A DNA stretch of 64,000 nt, taken from positions 279,062 to 343,061 of the forward strand of contig CAVQCG010000001.1 in NCBI GenBank assembly GCA_963710975.1, written 5' to 3'. How positions within the stretch are numbered: position 1 is the stretch's first letter; each line of letters begins with the position of its first letter. A program made the translations under genes and the position numbers. Below are positions 8,681-17,726 of this stretch, one piece after another. Below the pieces are notes generated by a model that saw nothing but the letters and a program-made list of their open reading frames with translations, searched no databases and was not told the DNA's origin. This DNA comes from an uncultured Thermoleophilia bacterium (lineage in GTDB: Bacteria; Actinomycetota; Thermoleophilia; Gaiellales; Gaiellaceae).

Positions 8681-8992
8681 CTACCGGGGCGAGAAGGGGG
8701 CCGGGACGAGGATCCGGTTCTCCTGGCGAAGGATCAAGGGCCTCACCTTGGCGATGTAGGCCTTCCACCCCTCGTTCGACATCAACTCGGCACGTCGTCG
8801 CGTGCGCTCCTCGAAGCTCTCGTACCCCCACAGATGCACGATCAGGTTGAGGTCGCCGATCTCGCTCGAGTAGTAGCCGACCAGGTTCCCGAGGATCGGC
8901 AGCTGGATCGGTAGGCCCTCCTGTTCGTAGAGGCGCAGGTACTCGGGCACCTTGCCCACCTCGAGCGTGTAGATCCGCTCCTCGACGATCAT
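8681..8992 (-). CDS. NIPSNAP-family protein
   Basis: ATG 8992 overlaps the ALDH stop (ATGA). MIVEERIYTLEVGKVPEYLRLYEQEGLPIQ...IVHLWGYESFEER. Confidence 0.75.
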   Translation of the reverse strand: MIVEERIYTLEVGKVPEYLRLYEQEGLPIQLPILGNLVGYYSSEIGDLNLIVHLWGYESFEERTRRRAELMSNEGWKAYIAKVRPLILRQENRILVPAPFSPR

Positions 8993-10485
8993 GCGATCCC
9001 TCCCATCGCCAGATATTTCAGCTCGAGCCACTCGTCGATGCCGTACGAGGAGCCCTCGCGGCCGATCCCGGACTCCTTGACGCCGCCGAACGGCGCGACC
9101 TCGGTGGAGATGAATCCGGTGTTGATCCCGACGATCCCGGTCTCGAGCCCCTCGGAGACCCGCCAGATCCGGCCGACGTCGCGGGCGTAGAAGTATGCGG
9201 CGAGCCCGAACGGCGTGTCGTTGGCGACACGCAGGGCCTCGTCCTCGGTCGAGAACCGGATCAACCCCGCGACCGGGCCGAATGTCTCGTCACATGACAT
9301 CAGCATCCGGGGCGTCACGCCCGTGAGCACTGTCGGCTCGTAGAAGGTGCCACCGAGCGGGTGCGGGCTGCCTCCGAGGAGCACCTCGGCTCCTCCCGCG
9401 GTGGCGTCTGCGACGTGCGCCTTGACCTTGTCGAATCCCTGCTCGTCGATCAGCGGGCCGATCTGTGCGTCGTCCTCGAGACCGGGGCCGACCCGCAGAT
9501 CGCGCGCAGCAGCTGCGAGCCGTTCGGCGAACGCGTCGTAGATCGTGTCGTGGACGAGGATCCGGTTGGCCGAGATGCAGGTCTGCCCCGAATTGCGGAA
9601 CTTGCACATGACCGCACCGGCGACCGCCTCGTCGAGGTCAGCGTCGTCGAACACGATGAACGGCGCGTTGCCTCCGAGCTCGAGCGACACCTTCTTCACC
9701 TGGCGCGCGCATTGCTCCATCAGGAGCTTCCCCACGGCCGTCGAGCCGGTGAAGCCGAGCTTGCGGACAATCGGGTTAGAGGTGAGCTCACCGCCTACCT
9801 CGGGCGCGCCGTCCGCGTCGGTCGTGACGATGTTGAGAACGCCTTTCGGCAGTCCCGCCCGATCGGCGAGCTCGCAGAGCGCGAGCGCCGAGAGCGGTGT
9901 TTGCTCGGCCGGCTTGAGCACCATCGTGCAGCCGGCCGCGAGGGCGGGTGCGGCCTTTCGCGTGATCATCGCCGACGGGAAGTTCCACGGTGTGATGCCC
10001 GCGGTGACACCGACCGGCTGCTTCAGGACGAGGATTCGTCGATCCGGAAGCGGCGGCGGGATCGTGTCGCCGTAGACGCGCTTCGCCTCCTCGCCGAACC
10101 ACTCGAGGAACGAGGCCGCGTAGGCGATCTCGGCACGCGACTCGGCGAGGGGCTTTCCCTGCTCGCTCGTCAGGATGACCGAGAGGTCCTCCTGGTGCTC
10201 GAGCATCAGGTCGGCGAACCGGCGGAGGATCGCGGCGCGCTCTCTCGGCAGCAGCTTGCGCCAGGCCGGGAAGGCGGCGGCAGCGGCCTCGACGGCAGCC
10301 CTCGTATCGTCGGCCCCCATCCGGGGCACCTCGGCGATGACCTGGCCTGTGGCCGGATCCGCGACGGGGAACGTCTGGCCGTTCGCGGCATCGGCCCACA
10401 CACCGTCGACGCAGGCCCTCGTCCGGAAGAGCGCGCCGTCCCGCAGGGCGCCGCGCAGTCCGACTGCTTCCCGGGTCGTGCTCAC
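8989..10485 (-). CDS. NAD(P)-dependent succinate-semialdehyde/aldehyde dehydrogenase (GabD-like)
   Basis: 498 aa. ..DPATGQVIAEVPRMG..EQGKPLAESRAEIAYAASFLEWF..ELGGNAPFIV..FRNSGQTCIS.. (catalytic Glu and Cys contexts). Confidence 0.9.
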   Translation of the reverse strand: MSTTREAVGLRGALRDGALFRTRACVDGVWADAANGQTFPVADPATGQVIAEVPRMGADDTRAAVEAAAAAFPAWRKLLPRERAAILRRFADLMLEHQEDLSVILTSEQGKPLAESRAEIAYAASFLEWFGEEAKRVYGDTIPPPLPDRRILVLKQPVGVTAGITPWNFPSAMITRKAAPALAAGCTMVLKPAEQTPLSALALCELADRAGLPKGVLNIVTTDADGAPEVGGELTSNPIVRKLGFTGSTAVGKLLMEQCARQVKKVSLELGGNAPFIVFDDADLDEAVAGAVMCKFRNSGQTCISANRILVHDTIYDAFAERLAAAARDLRVGPGLEDDAQIGPLIDEQGFDKVKAHVADATAGGAEVLLGGSPHPLGGTFYEPTVLTGVTPRMLMSCDETFGPVAGLIRFSTEDEALRVANDTPFGLAAYFYARDVGRIWRVSEGLETGIVGINTGFISTEVAPFGGVKESGIGREGSSYGIDEWLELKYLAMGGIA

Positions 10486-10495
10486 GCCCCGGAGT

Positions 10496-10924
10496 CTACG
10501 GGGCGGGCGCCGCCTTCGACTCCCAGAAACGATTCAGCTGGCCCTGGACCTTGATGAACCAGACGAACCACCCGAAGATCAGCCAGCCGGCCAGCCACCA
10601 GAGACCGGTCGTGCCTCTGACGGACGATTCCTCGCCCTCCGCCTCGATCATCGTCTTGATCTCGGACGGGATCAGGAACCACGTGATCACCCCGGCGAGC
10701 CCGACGGTCAAGGTGAAGACGATCCAGATGACAAGGCCCAGCCAGCCTCCAACGCCCTGGCCCGAGTACTCCTTGATCTCCTTGTGGGTCCGGTACACCC
10801 AGATGTACGTGTAGATGCCGAGCGTCAGGATCGCCCAGACGATCGACAGGGGGACCGACCGGGTCTGCCCGATCGGTCCCCGACCCTCTCCTCCCGCGGG
10901 CGCAGGAGCCGCGGCCTCGATCAC
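10496..10924 (-). CDS. DUF4234-like membrane protein (downstream paralog)
   Basis: GTG 10924 overlaps the restored stop of the upstream paralog (GTGA). SVPLSIVWAILTLGIYTYIWVYRTHKEIKEYSG...FVWFIKVQGQLNRFWESKAAPAP. Confidence 0.6.
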   Translation of the reverse strand: MIEAAAPAPAGGEGRGPIGQTRSVPLSIVWAILTLGIYTYIWVYRTHKEIKEYSGQGVGGWLGLVIWIVFTLTVGLAGVITWFLIPSEIKTMIEAEGEESSVRGTTGLWWLAGWLIFGWFVWFIKVQGQLNRFWESKAAPAP

Positions 10925-11383
10925 GGGGCCGGCGCGCCCTTCGACTCCCAGAACTCGTTCAGCGCGCCCTGCACCGGGATGAACCAGAAGAAGTGCCCCG
11001 ATGATCGGGAGCAGGACCCAGAGTCCGCGCAAGGCTCCGACAGGTGAGTTCCGCCCGTCCTGCTCGTACATGCTCTTGATCTCGGACGGGACGAGGAACC
11101 ACGTGATCGGTGCGAAGACGAAGTAGATGATGAAGCCGAGCCAGCCGCCGACCCCGTTCCCCGTGTACGTGTGCATCTCCTTGTGGGTCTTGAAGACCCA
11201 GATGTAGGTGTAGATCCCGAACGTCAGGATCGCCCAGAGGATCGACAGACCGATCGAGCGGGTCTCCCCGACCCCTCCGCGGTGGCTCACCGGATGGTCC
11301 GCTGCGACTGCGGGCGGCGGCACGTCCGCCTTCTCCACCTCTGCCGGTATCTGCGCCTCTTCAGGCGGTTCTTGCTCACTCAT
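10921..11383 (-). CDS. DUF4234-like membrane protein (upstream paralog), apparent 1-nt frameshift near 10996-10999
   Basis: The N-terminus SIGLSILWAILTFGIYTYIWVFKTHKEMHTYTG... is in the track frame. The conserved C-terminus FFWFIPVQGALNEFWESKGAPAP* is readable only in the neighbouring frame. As printed, the gene reads through into the next one (track ORF 10496..11383). Confidence 0.6.
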
Positions 11384-11481
11384 CGAACTGACCCCCTCTG
11401 ATCGCTCTCGGTTGCATTGAGCGTATCGGCGCGAGACGACGGCGCCTCAAGGCTCCGCCTTCTGATACAAGACCCCTGGCC

Positions 11482-12228
11482 ATGATCCGGTACGACTTCA
11501 CCGATCGCGTCCTCCTCGTCACAGGAGGCGCAAGCGGCATCGGCCGCGCCGTCGCCGAGCGTTTCCTGGCGAGCGGCGGCAGGGCCGCGATCCTCGACCT
11601 GCGGGCCGATGCGGTGGAGGCGACTGCCCGCGAGCTCGGCGATGCGGCGCTCCCGGTCACGGCGAACGTCACGAAGTCGGCGGAGATCGACGCTGCGGTC
11701 TCTCAGGTCGAGTCGGAGCTCGGCCGGATCGACGCGCTCGTCTGCTGTGCGGGTGTCAGCGGCGACTCGCTCAGGACGCCCGATGTCACCGACGAGGAGT
11801 GGGAGCGCGTGTTCGCGGTCAACTGCCACGGCGTCTTCTACTGCAATCGTGCCGTCATCCCCGGCATGCGGCGGCGGGGATACGGCCGTATCGTCAATAT
11901 CGCCTCGATCGCCGGCAAGGAAGGCAACCCGATGGCTGCCGCCTACTCCTCGAGCAAGGCTGCCGTGATCGCGATGACGAAGGCGATCGGCAAGGATCTG
12001 GTCGACACCGGAATCCGTGTCAGCTCGATCGCCCCGGCGGTGATCGAGACTCCGATGCTCGCCGACATGACACAGGAGCACGTGGACTACATGGTTTCGA
12101 AGATCCCACTCGCACGACTGGGCCGGCCGGAGGAAGTGGCAAGCCTCGCGTGCTTTCTCGCGAGTGAGGACACCGACTTCACGACCGGCGCGTGCTTCGA
12201 CCTGTCCGGCGGCCGCGCGGTCTATTGA
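11482..12228 (+). CDS. SDR-family oxidoreductase
   Basis: 248 aa. VLLVTGGASGIGRAVA, CCAGV, YSSSKAAV. Confidence 0.9.
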   Translation: MIRYDFTDRVLLVTGGASGIGRAVAERFLASGGRAAILDLRADAVEATARELGDAALPVTANVTKSAEIDAAVSQVESELGRIDALVCCAGVSGDSLRTPDVTDEEWERVFAVNCHGVFYCNRAVIPGMRRRGYGRIVNIASIAGKEGNPMAAAYSSSKAAVIAMTKAIGKDLVDTGIRVSSIAPAVIETPMLADMTQEHVDYMVSKIPLARLGRPEEVASLACFLASEDTDFTTGACFDLSGGRAVY

Positions 12229-13173
12229 GCGAGCGCTACCTCGTCACGGGCGTCCTCGGCTGCCTCGGCGCCTGGACCGCGCGAACGCTCCTCGAGGACG
12301 GAGCCGCTGTCGTCGGCCTCGATCTCGGTTCGGATACGCGGCGGCTGCACGAGATCATGAGCGAGGCGGATGTCGCGCGTGTCCAGCTCGTGCGCGGCGA
12401 CGTCACGCAGAAGGAGGAGGTCGAGCAGGCGCTCGACGACGCACGAGATCACGCACCTGATCCATCTCGCCGCGCTCCAGATCCCGTTCTGTCGTGAGAA
12501 CCCCGCCCTGGGCGCCGCCGTCAACGTCCTCGGCACCGTGAACGCCTTCGAGGCCGTCAAGACACGACGCGACCGTATCTCCGGCCCGATCGTCTACGCA
12601 AGCTCTGCGGCCCTCTACGGTGCGGTCGACTCGGAGCGGGCAGTGCGCGAGGAGAACGCCGACGCCCACCCGAGCACGCACTACGGGGTCTACAAGCAGG
12701 CGAACGAAGGGAACGCGCGGATCTACTGGCAGGACGAACAGGTCGCGTCTCTCGGCCTTCGCCCGTACAACGTGTTCGGGCCGGCGCGCGATCAGGGCAT
12801 CACCGCCGAGCCCACTCATGCGATGGCCGCCGCAGCCCGGGGCGAGGGGTATCACATCGACTACGGCGGCAGGCTCGTCTTCAACTACACGGCCGACGTC
12901 GCACGGGCGCTGGTTGCCATGAGTCGCTCGACCTTCGAGGGAGCCGCAGTCTTCAACATGCCGGGTTCGGTCGCGCACATGAGCGAGCTGGTCGCCGCGA
13001 TCGAGTCCGCCGCACCAGACGTCGCCGGCAAGGTGACGTTCGACGACACGCAACTCCCACTCCCCGAGGAGATGGCCACCGGCGGGCTTGCCGAGGCGAT
13101 CGGGCCGGTCCAGGTCACGCCGCTCGCGGCCGCCGTGCGCGAGACCGTCGAGCACTTCCGTCGCTCCGCCTGA
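12225..13173 (+). CDS. NAD-dependent epimerase/dehydratase, apparent 1-nt frameshift near 12441
   Basis: The Rossmann N-terminus YLVTGVLGCLGAWTARTLLEDG..VRGDVTQKEEVEQALDD is in track ORF 12192..12497. The rest (HEITHLIHLAALQ...YGVYKQANE...) is in ORF 12370..13173. TTG 12225 overlaps the SDR stop. Confidence 0.75.
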
Positions 13174-13199
13174 GCGCAGGAACTCGGTACACTCGCGCC

Positions 13200-13871
13200 G
13201 TGGACGGCGTCCACGACATGGGCGGCATGCACGGGTTCGGGGCGGTGGTGGAGCCGGGCAGCGACGCCGTATTCCACGAGGACTGGGAGGCGCGAGTCTT
13301 CGCGATTCACCTGCTGATCGGCTCCGAGGATCTGGGTGCCGGGCCGGGAGGACGCGCCACCCGGGAGGAGATGGATCCGGCCGCGTACCTCGATGCGTCG
13401 TACTACGAACGCTGGCTCTGGAGCGCAGAGCAACGGCTGGCGCGGAAGGGCACGATCGCACCGGGTGAGGTCGAGGCGATGATGGACCGGCTGTCGTCTG
13501 GTCAGCCCGAGCCTCACCGTGCCGACCGCGCGATGGCCGAGCGATCGGTCGCCGCCCTCCGGGCGGGCTCGGGACTCGAGCGGCCGCGGGCGACGCGATT
13601 CGTCCCCGGGGAGCGGGTTCGGGTGCGGCGGATGCACCCGGTCGGCCACACGCGTTGCCCGCGCTACGCACGGGGCGTTTGCGGGACGGTGGAGCGCATC
13701 CAGGGCGCGGACAGGCTTCCTGACCGCGCCGTCTATGGACGCGAGACGCCGAAGGAGCCCGTCTACTCGGTCGCCTTCAGGTCGGACGATCTCTGGGGCG
13801 CCGGCGGCGAGCCGCCATGGACGGTGCTCCTCGACCTCTGGGAGACCTACCTCGAGCCGGAGGACGGATGA
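13200..13871 (+). CDS. nthB: nitrile hydratase beta subunit
   Basis: [26 protein letters not shown].. is the canonical NHase-beta N-terminus. 223 aa. Confidence 0.9.
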   Translation: MDGVHDMGGMHGFGAVVEPGSDAVFHEDWEARVFAIHLLIGSEDLGAGPGGRATREEMDPAAYLDASYYERWLWSAEQRLARKGTIAPGEVEAMMDRLSSGQPEPHRADRAMAERSVAALRAGSGLERPRATRFVPGERVRVRRMHPVGHTRCPRYARGVCGTVERIQGADRLPDRAVYGRETPKEPVYSVAFRSDDLWGAGGEPPWTVLLDLWETYLEPEDG

Positions 13872-14494
13872 CGCACGATCACGATCACGACCACGACCAC
13901 CATGGGAGACCGGTGTCCGAGGTTGCGCTGCGGGCGGCCGCCCTCGAGGCCCTGCTCGTCGAGAAGGGCCTCGTCTCGACGGACGCGATCGATGCGGTGA
14001 TCGCCCTCTACGAGAACGACGTCGGCCCGCAGAACGGTGCGAAGGTCGTCGCGCGGGCGTGGGTCGACCCCGCGTTTCGGGAGCGCCTGCTCGCGAACGG
14101 CTCGGCAGCGATCGCCGAGCTTGGCTTCGGGGGGGCCGAGGGCGAGACGATGGTCGTCGTCGAGAACACCCCACAGGTTCACAACGTGATCGTCTGCACG
14201 CTGTGCTCGTGCTACCCGTGGCCGGTTCTCGGCCTGCCGCCGAGCTGGTACAAGAGCTCGCCGTACCGTGCCCGAGTCGTTGCCGAGCCGCGGGCCGTGC
14301 TGCGGGAGTTCGGCCTGGAGCTGGCTGACGACATCGAGATCCGGGTCTGGGACTCGAGCGCGGAGGTGCGCTATCTCGTCCTACCCATGCGCCCTGACGG
14401 GACTGAGTCGGCAACCGAGCAAGAGCTCGCAGCGCTCGTCACGCGCGACTCGATGATCGGGACCGCGACGGCGCTGACGCCCGCGCATTCGTGA
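13868..14494 (+). CDS. nthA: nitrile hydratase alpha subunit, cobalt type
   Basis: ATG 13868 overlaps the beta stop (ATGA). Metal site [10 protein letters not shown] (Thr/Tyr variant, Co type). N-terminus [12 protein letters not shown]. Confidence 0.92.
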   Translation: MTHDHDHDHDHHGRPVSEVALRAAALEALLVEKGLVSTDAIDAVIALYENDVGPQNGAKVVARAWVDPAFRERLLANGSAAIAELGFGGAEGETMVVVENTPQVHNVIVCTLCSCYPWPVLGLPPSWYKSSPYRARVVAEPRAVLREFGLELADDIEIRVWDSSAEVRYLVLPMRPDGTESATEQELAALVTRDSMIGTATALTPAHS

Positions 14495-14790
14495 GCCCGG
14501 ACACCTCTCTCGCGGAGGTCGACGCGGCCCTTGCCACCGCCGCGCCGCTCCCGCGCGCGAACGGGGAGCTCGTGTTCGAAGAGCCCTGGCAGGGACACGT
14601 CTTCGGCATGGGCGTCGTCTTGCTCGAACGGACGCAGACGCCCTGGGCCGAGTTTCGGCGTCACCTCGTCGCCGAGATCGAGCGGCATACGGCGTCACCG
14701 GACGAGACGGCAGCCGGCGCCTACTACACGGCGTGGCTCGCAGCGCTCGAGTCGCTCCTCCGCGAGCGCGGCGTCCTTCCGGCCGGGTAG
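14491..14790 (+). CDS. nitrile hydratase accessory/activator protein
   Basis: GTG overlaps the alpha stop (GTGA). 99 aa; ..[15 protein letters not shown]...[13 protein letters not shown] resembles the small beta-related NHase chaperones. Confidence 0.7.
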   Translation: MSPDTSLAEVDAALATAAPLPRANGELVFEEPWQGHVFGMGVVLLERTQTPWAEFRRHLVAEIERHTASPDETAAGAYYTAWLAALESLLRERGVLPAG

Positions 14791-14791
14791 G

Positions 14792-15979
14792 TCAGGCGAG
14801 CTGCTGGCTCGCGACCCCGCGGTGGAGCCGGTCAGGTGTGAGCGTCGAGCAGACCGCGACCAGGATCGTGGCGGTACCGACGATCAGCCACAGCGTCGTC
14901 GTGAAGCTGCCGGTCGCGTCGCGGACGGCTCCGAGGGCAAACGGCGAGATGGCCGCCAGCGTGTACCCGATGCCGAGCATCATCCCGGCGACGGCGCCGA
15001 CTCCGGCGGGAGTGGCGGCGACGTCGAGCGGCAGGGTCATGACGAGCGCGAACATGACGCCGTTCATCGCGCCGAAGAGCGTCACCCAGAGCCACGCGCC
15101 TCCCGGGAGCAGCACGATCCCGAGCATGCACGCGAGTTGCGCGGCGGCGCCGGTGACCAGGTAGAGGCGCCGCGAGCCGACGCGATCGGCGAGCCAGGAG
15201 GCAGCGAAGCCGGCAGGGATCGCGGCGATGTTGAGCGCGGCCAGGAGGGCGCCGGCACTGGCCTCGCTCCAACCCCGCTCGACGTAGGAGTCGGGGAGCC
15301 ACGAGTTGATGCCGTAGTACCCGGTGCCGAGGAGCGCGAAGACGAGCACGAGCGTCCAGGCGGTCCGACTCTCGAGCGGAAGGCGGGGCGGGCGGTAGGC
15401 GATCACGTGGACGTGGCCCTCCTCGCTCCGGGTCTGGAAGATCCAGAGACCGACGAGCCCGAGGGTCACGGCCGAGAAGACGACGAGGGTGGCGCGCCAG
15501 CCCGCGACCGCGACCGCGGCGATCGGAACGGCGAGCGCCGAGGCGAGCGCTGACCCGACGTTGATCCCGGTGGTATAGACGCCGGTCGCAAAGGCCGGCC
15601 GATCGGAGAACCGCTCCTTGACGGCGACGGGCATCAGCGCTCCGGCCAGACCGATGCCGATGCCGACGGGAACGGTCAGCAGGATCAGGCCAAGGGCGGC
15701 AGGAGCGACTGCGCGGGCGATCCCGGCGGCGCCGATCAGCCCGAGCGCGGCCGCGATCGCATACCGCGATCCGATACGCCCCGAGAGGTACGGAGCCGGC
15801 GGCGCGAACAGCCCCATGCACAGGACTGGGATCGTCCCGAGCAAACCGGCGACCGCGTGCGAGATGCCGAGGTCGTCCTGGATCGCCGGCAGCAACGGGC
15901 CGATTCCGACGATCTGCGGCCGGAGCGCGACCGCACCGAGGAAGAGCGCGACGAGAAGCCCCGTCGTCCTTCGCGTCAC
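14792..15979 (-). CDS. MFS transporter (CynX/NimT-like)
   Basis: GTG 15979. 12-TM pattern: LFLGAVALRPQIVGIGPLLPAIQDDLGIS... The track extension to 16279 overlaps the ABM gene. Confidence 0.8.
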   Translation of the reverse strand: MTRRTTGLLVALFLGAVALRPQIVGIGPLLPAIQDDLGISHAVAGLLGTIPVLCMGLFAPPAPYLSGRIGSRYAIAAALGLIGAAGIARAVAPAALGLILLTVPVGIGIGLAGALMPVAVKERFSDRPAFATGVYTTGINVGSALASALAVPIAAVAVAGWRATLVVFSAVTLGLVGLWIFQTRSEEGHVHVIAYRPPRLPLESRTAWTLVLVFALLGTGYYGINSWLPDSYVERGWSEASAGALLAALNIAAIPAGFAASWLADRVGSRRLYLVTGAAAQLACMLGIVLLPGGAWLWVTLFGAMNGVMFALVMTLPLDVAATPAGVGAVAGMMLGIGYTLAAISPFALGAVRDATGSFTTTLWLIVGTATILVAVCSTLTPDRLHRGVASQQLA

Positions 15980-16008
15980 GCCGTTCCTCCCCGGTGACGG
16001 GTCAGACG

Positions 16009-16302
16009 TCAGAGATCCCAGGTCTCGTAGAACGCGCGAGAGCGATCTTCGAGCCGCGGAATCGCGTCGCCGAATCCCCATCGCTTGAAGTGGTCGGTCT
16101 CGACGTGCGCTTCGTATGCCGCCTTGTCCGCGTACTGCTCGTAGAAGAAGAACACGTTCGCGTCCTCGGGATCGCGATGGGCCTGGTAGACGAGCACGCC
16201 GGGCTCGGCCTTCGAAGGGGCAGCGAGCTCGCGAACGGCGGCGGCGACATTGTCCGCCTCCCCGTCCTTGGCGATCCATTTCGCGCAGACGACGTAGGCC
16301 AT
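16009..16302 (-). CDS. antibiotic-biosynthesis-monooxygenase (ABM) domain protein
   Basis: 97 aa. MAYVVCAKWIAKDGE...LVYQAHRDPEDANVFFFYEQYADKAAYEAHVETDHFK. Confidence 0.8.
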   Translation of the reverse strand: MAYVVCAKWIAKDGEADNVAAAVRELAAPSKAEPGVLVYQAHRDPEDANVFFFYEQYADKAAYEAHVETDHFKRWGFGDAIPRLEDRSRAFYETWDL

Positions 16303-16304
16303 GC

Positions 16305-17174
16305 TCAGGTCCTTTCGGTTGGGTTGCGGGCTGTCTCTCTCTTGTCGAAATACCGCTTGATGCCTGCGTAGGAGAGGTCGAGGCCGGGCAGCTGCCGGTA
16401 CGCCGGTACCATCTCGCCGGCCTCCGCCTGGAGCTGCGCCTCAGCCCTCGCGACGAACTCCTCCTGGGGGAGACCGGAGCTCACCCAGCCGGCCCACTCG
16501 CGCAGACGGTCGCGGGTACGCGCGACGTGCTCGACCGTGTCGGTCACCTCTCCGTAGTGCGGCAGCCGGAAGACGCTCGGTCGACGCTCCTCGATGGCCT
16601 CGAAGGTGCGCTCCCAGGCCTCGAGGTCGATCTCGGGCGGCGCCGCGGCGGGGTAGACGAAACGACCCGGGGGAATCAGGCAGCCGACCGCGTCCCCGAC
16701 GTAGCAGGCACCGTCCCCGTCGAGGAACGAGACGTGGTGCCAGGCATGACCGGGCGTCGGAAAGACGCTGAGCCCGCAGGCAGTGTCGCCGACGATCGCG
16801 ACGTTCCGCTCGGGCACCGGCTCGATCGGCCCGAACAACCGATCGAATTCGTCGCCGTACATCCGCCGGGCACTCCGCTCGAGGCGGGTCGGATCCACGA
16901 GATGAGGAGCCCCTACCTCGCTGACGACGACCTCGAGGCCCGGGTGACGCCGAACGAGCGCGCCGGCGGCACCCGCGTGATCCGGGTGGATATGCGTCAG
17001 GAGCAGCGTGCGGACATCGGTCAGCGACATCCCGCGTTCTGCGAGTCCTGCCTCGAGCGCGCCGACGCACACCGCCGGGCCGCAGTCGACGAGCGCCGGT
17101 TGCGCACCGTCGAGGAGATAGACCCCGATGACGTGCGGACGCCCGAGGTGAAGGAGATCGATGAGGGAAGCCAT
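16305..17174 (-). CDS. MBL-fold metallo-hydrolase
   Basis: Start MASLIDLLHLG.. chosen to avoid the upstream gene. HxHxDH motif LLTHIHPDHAG. Confidence 0.8.
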   Translation of the reverse strand: MASLIDLLHLGRPHVIGVYLLDGAQPALVDCGPAVCVGALEAGLAERGMSLTDVRTLLLTHIHPDHAGAAGALVRRHPGLEVVVSEVGAPHLVDPTRLERSARRMYGDEFDRLFGPIEPVPERNVAIVGDTACGLSVFPTPGHAWHHVSFLDGDGACYVGDAVGCLIPPGRFVYPAAAPPEIDLEAWERTFEAIEERRPSVFRLPHYGEVTDTVEHVARTRDRLREWAGWVSSGLPQEEFVARAEAQLQAEAGEMVPAYRQLPGLDLSYAGIKRYFDKRETARNPTERT

Positions 17175-17184
17175 GCGAAGGGCG

Positions 17185-17637
17185 TCAGGAGGCCGCCCTG
17201 CGGACGGCTTCCATGATCTTGACATAGCAGCCGCAACGGCACAGGTTCCCTGCGAGCGCGCTCTTGATCTCAGCGTCCGTCGGCCTCGGGTTCTCCTCGA
17301 GGAGCGAGGCGACGGTCAGAATCATTCCGGGCGTGCAGAAGCCGCACTGAAACGCGTGCGCGTCCGCGAAGGCGTGAGGGACCGGGTGGTCGTCGCCGAG
17401 ACCCTCGACCGTCACAATGGCGCTCCCTTCAGCGAGCGGCGCAAGCAGAAGGCAGGTCGAGATCGGCTCCCCGTCGATGAGAGCCGTGCAGGCACCGCAC
17501 ACGCCGATCCCGCAGGTTTCGCGAACGGACAGGATGCCGAGCTCACGCCGGAGAACCGCGAGCAGGTTCTCGCTCGGCGACGCGTCCACCTCGACCGACA
17601 CACGATTGAGCGTGAAGGCGACTTTCACGACGCTCAC
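17185..17637 (-). CDS. (2Fe-2S)-binding small subunit (CoxS-like)
   Basis: ..CGIGVCGACTALIDGEPISTC...AFQCGFCTPGMIL...NLCRCGCYVKI. GTG 17637 has GGAG 7 nt upstream. Confidence 0.85.
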   Translation of the reverse strand: MSVVKVAFTLNRVSVEVDASPSENLLAVLRRELGILSVRETCGIGVCGACTALIDGEPISTCLLLAPLAEGSAIVTVEGLGDDHPVPHAFADAHAFQCGFCTPGMILTVASLLEENPRPTDAEIKSALAGNLCRCGCYVKIMEAVRRAAS

Positions 17638-17726
17638 CGTGACACTCCGGGCGCCTTGTGCGCACCACCCGCGCGAATCTCCTCGATAGGCTGAAGCCGG
17701 AGGGAGGCAAGCGGCGGTCCCCGGGC

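Noticed and set aside
13817-13867. Upstream ATG for the NHase alpha subunit (track ORF start 13817)
   Set aside because: It lies inside the beta gene. ATG 13868 gives the ATGA junction and a plausible N-terminus.
15980-16279. N-terminal extension of the MFS ORF (track 14792..16279)
   Set aside because: It overlaps the ABM gene in another frame, is Arg/Gly-rich and has no TM helices.
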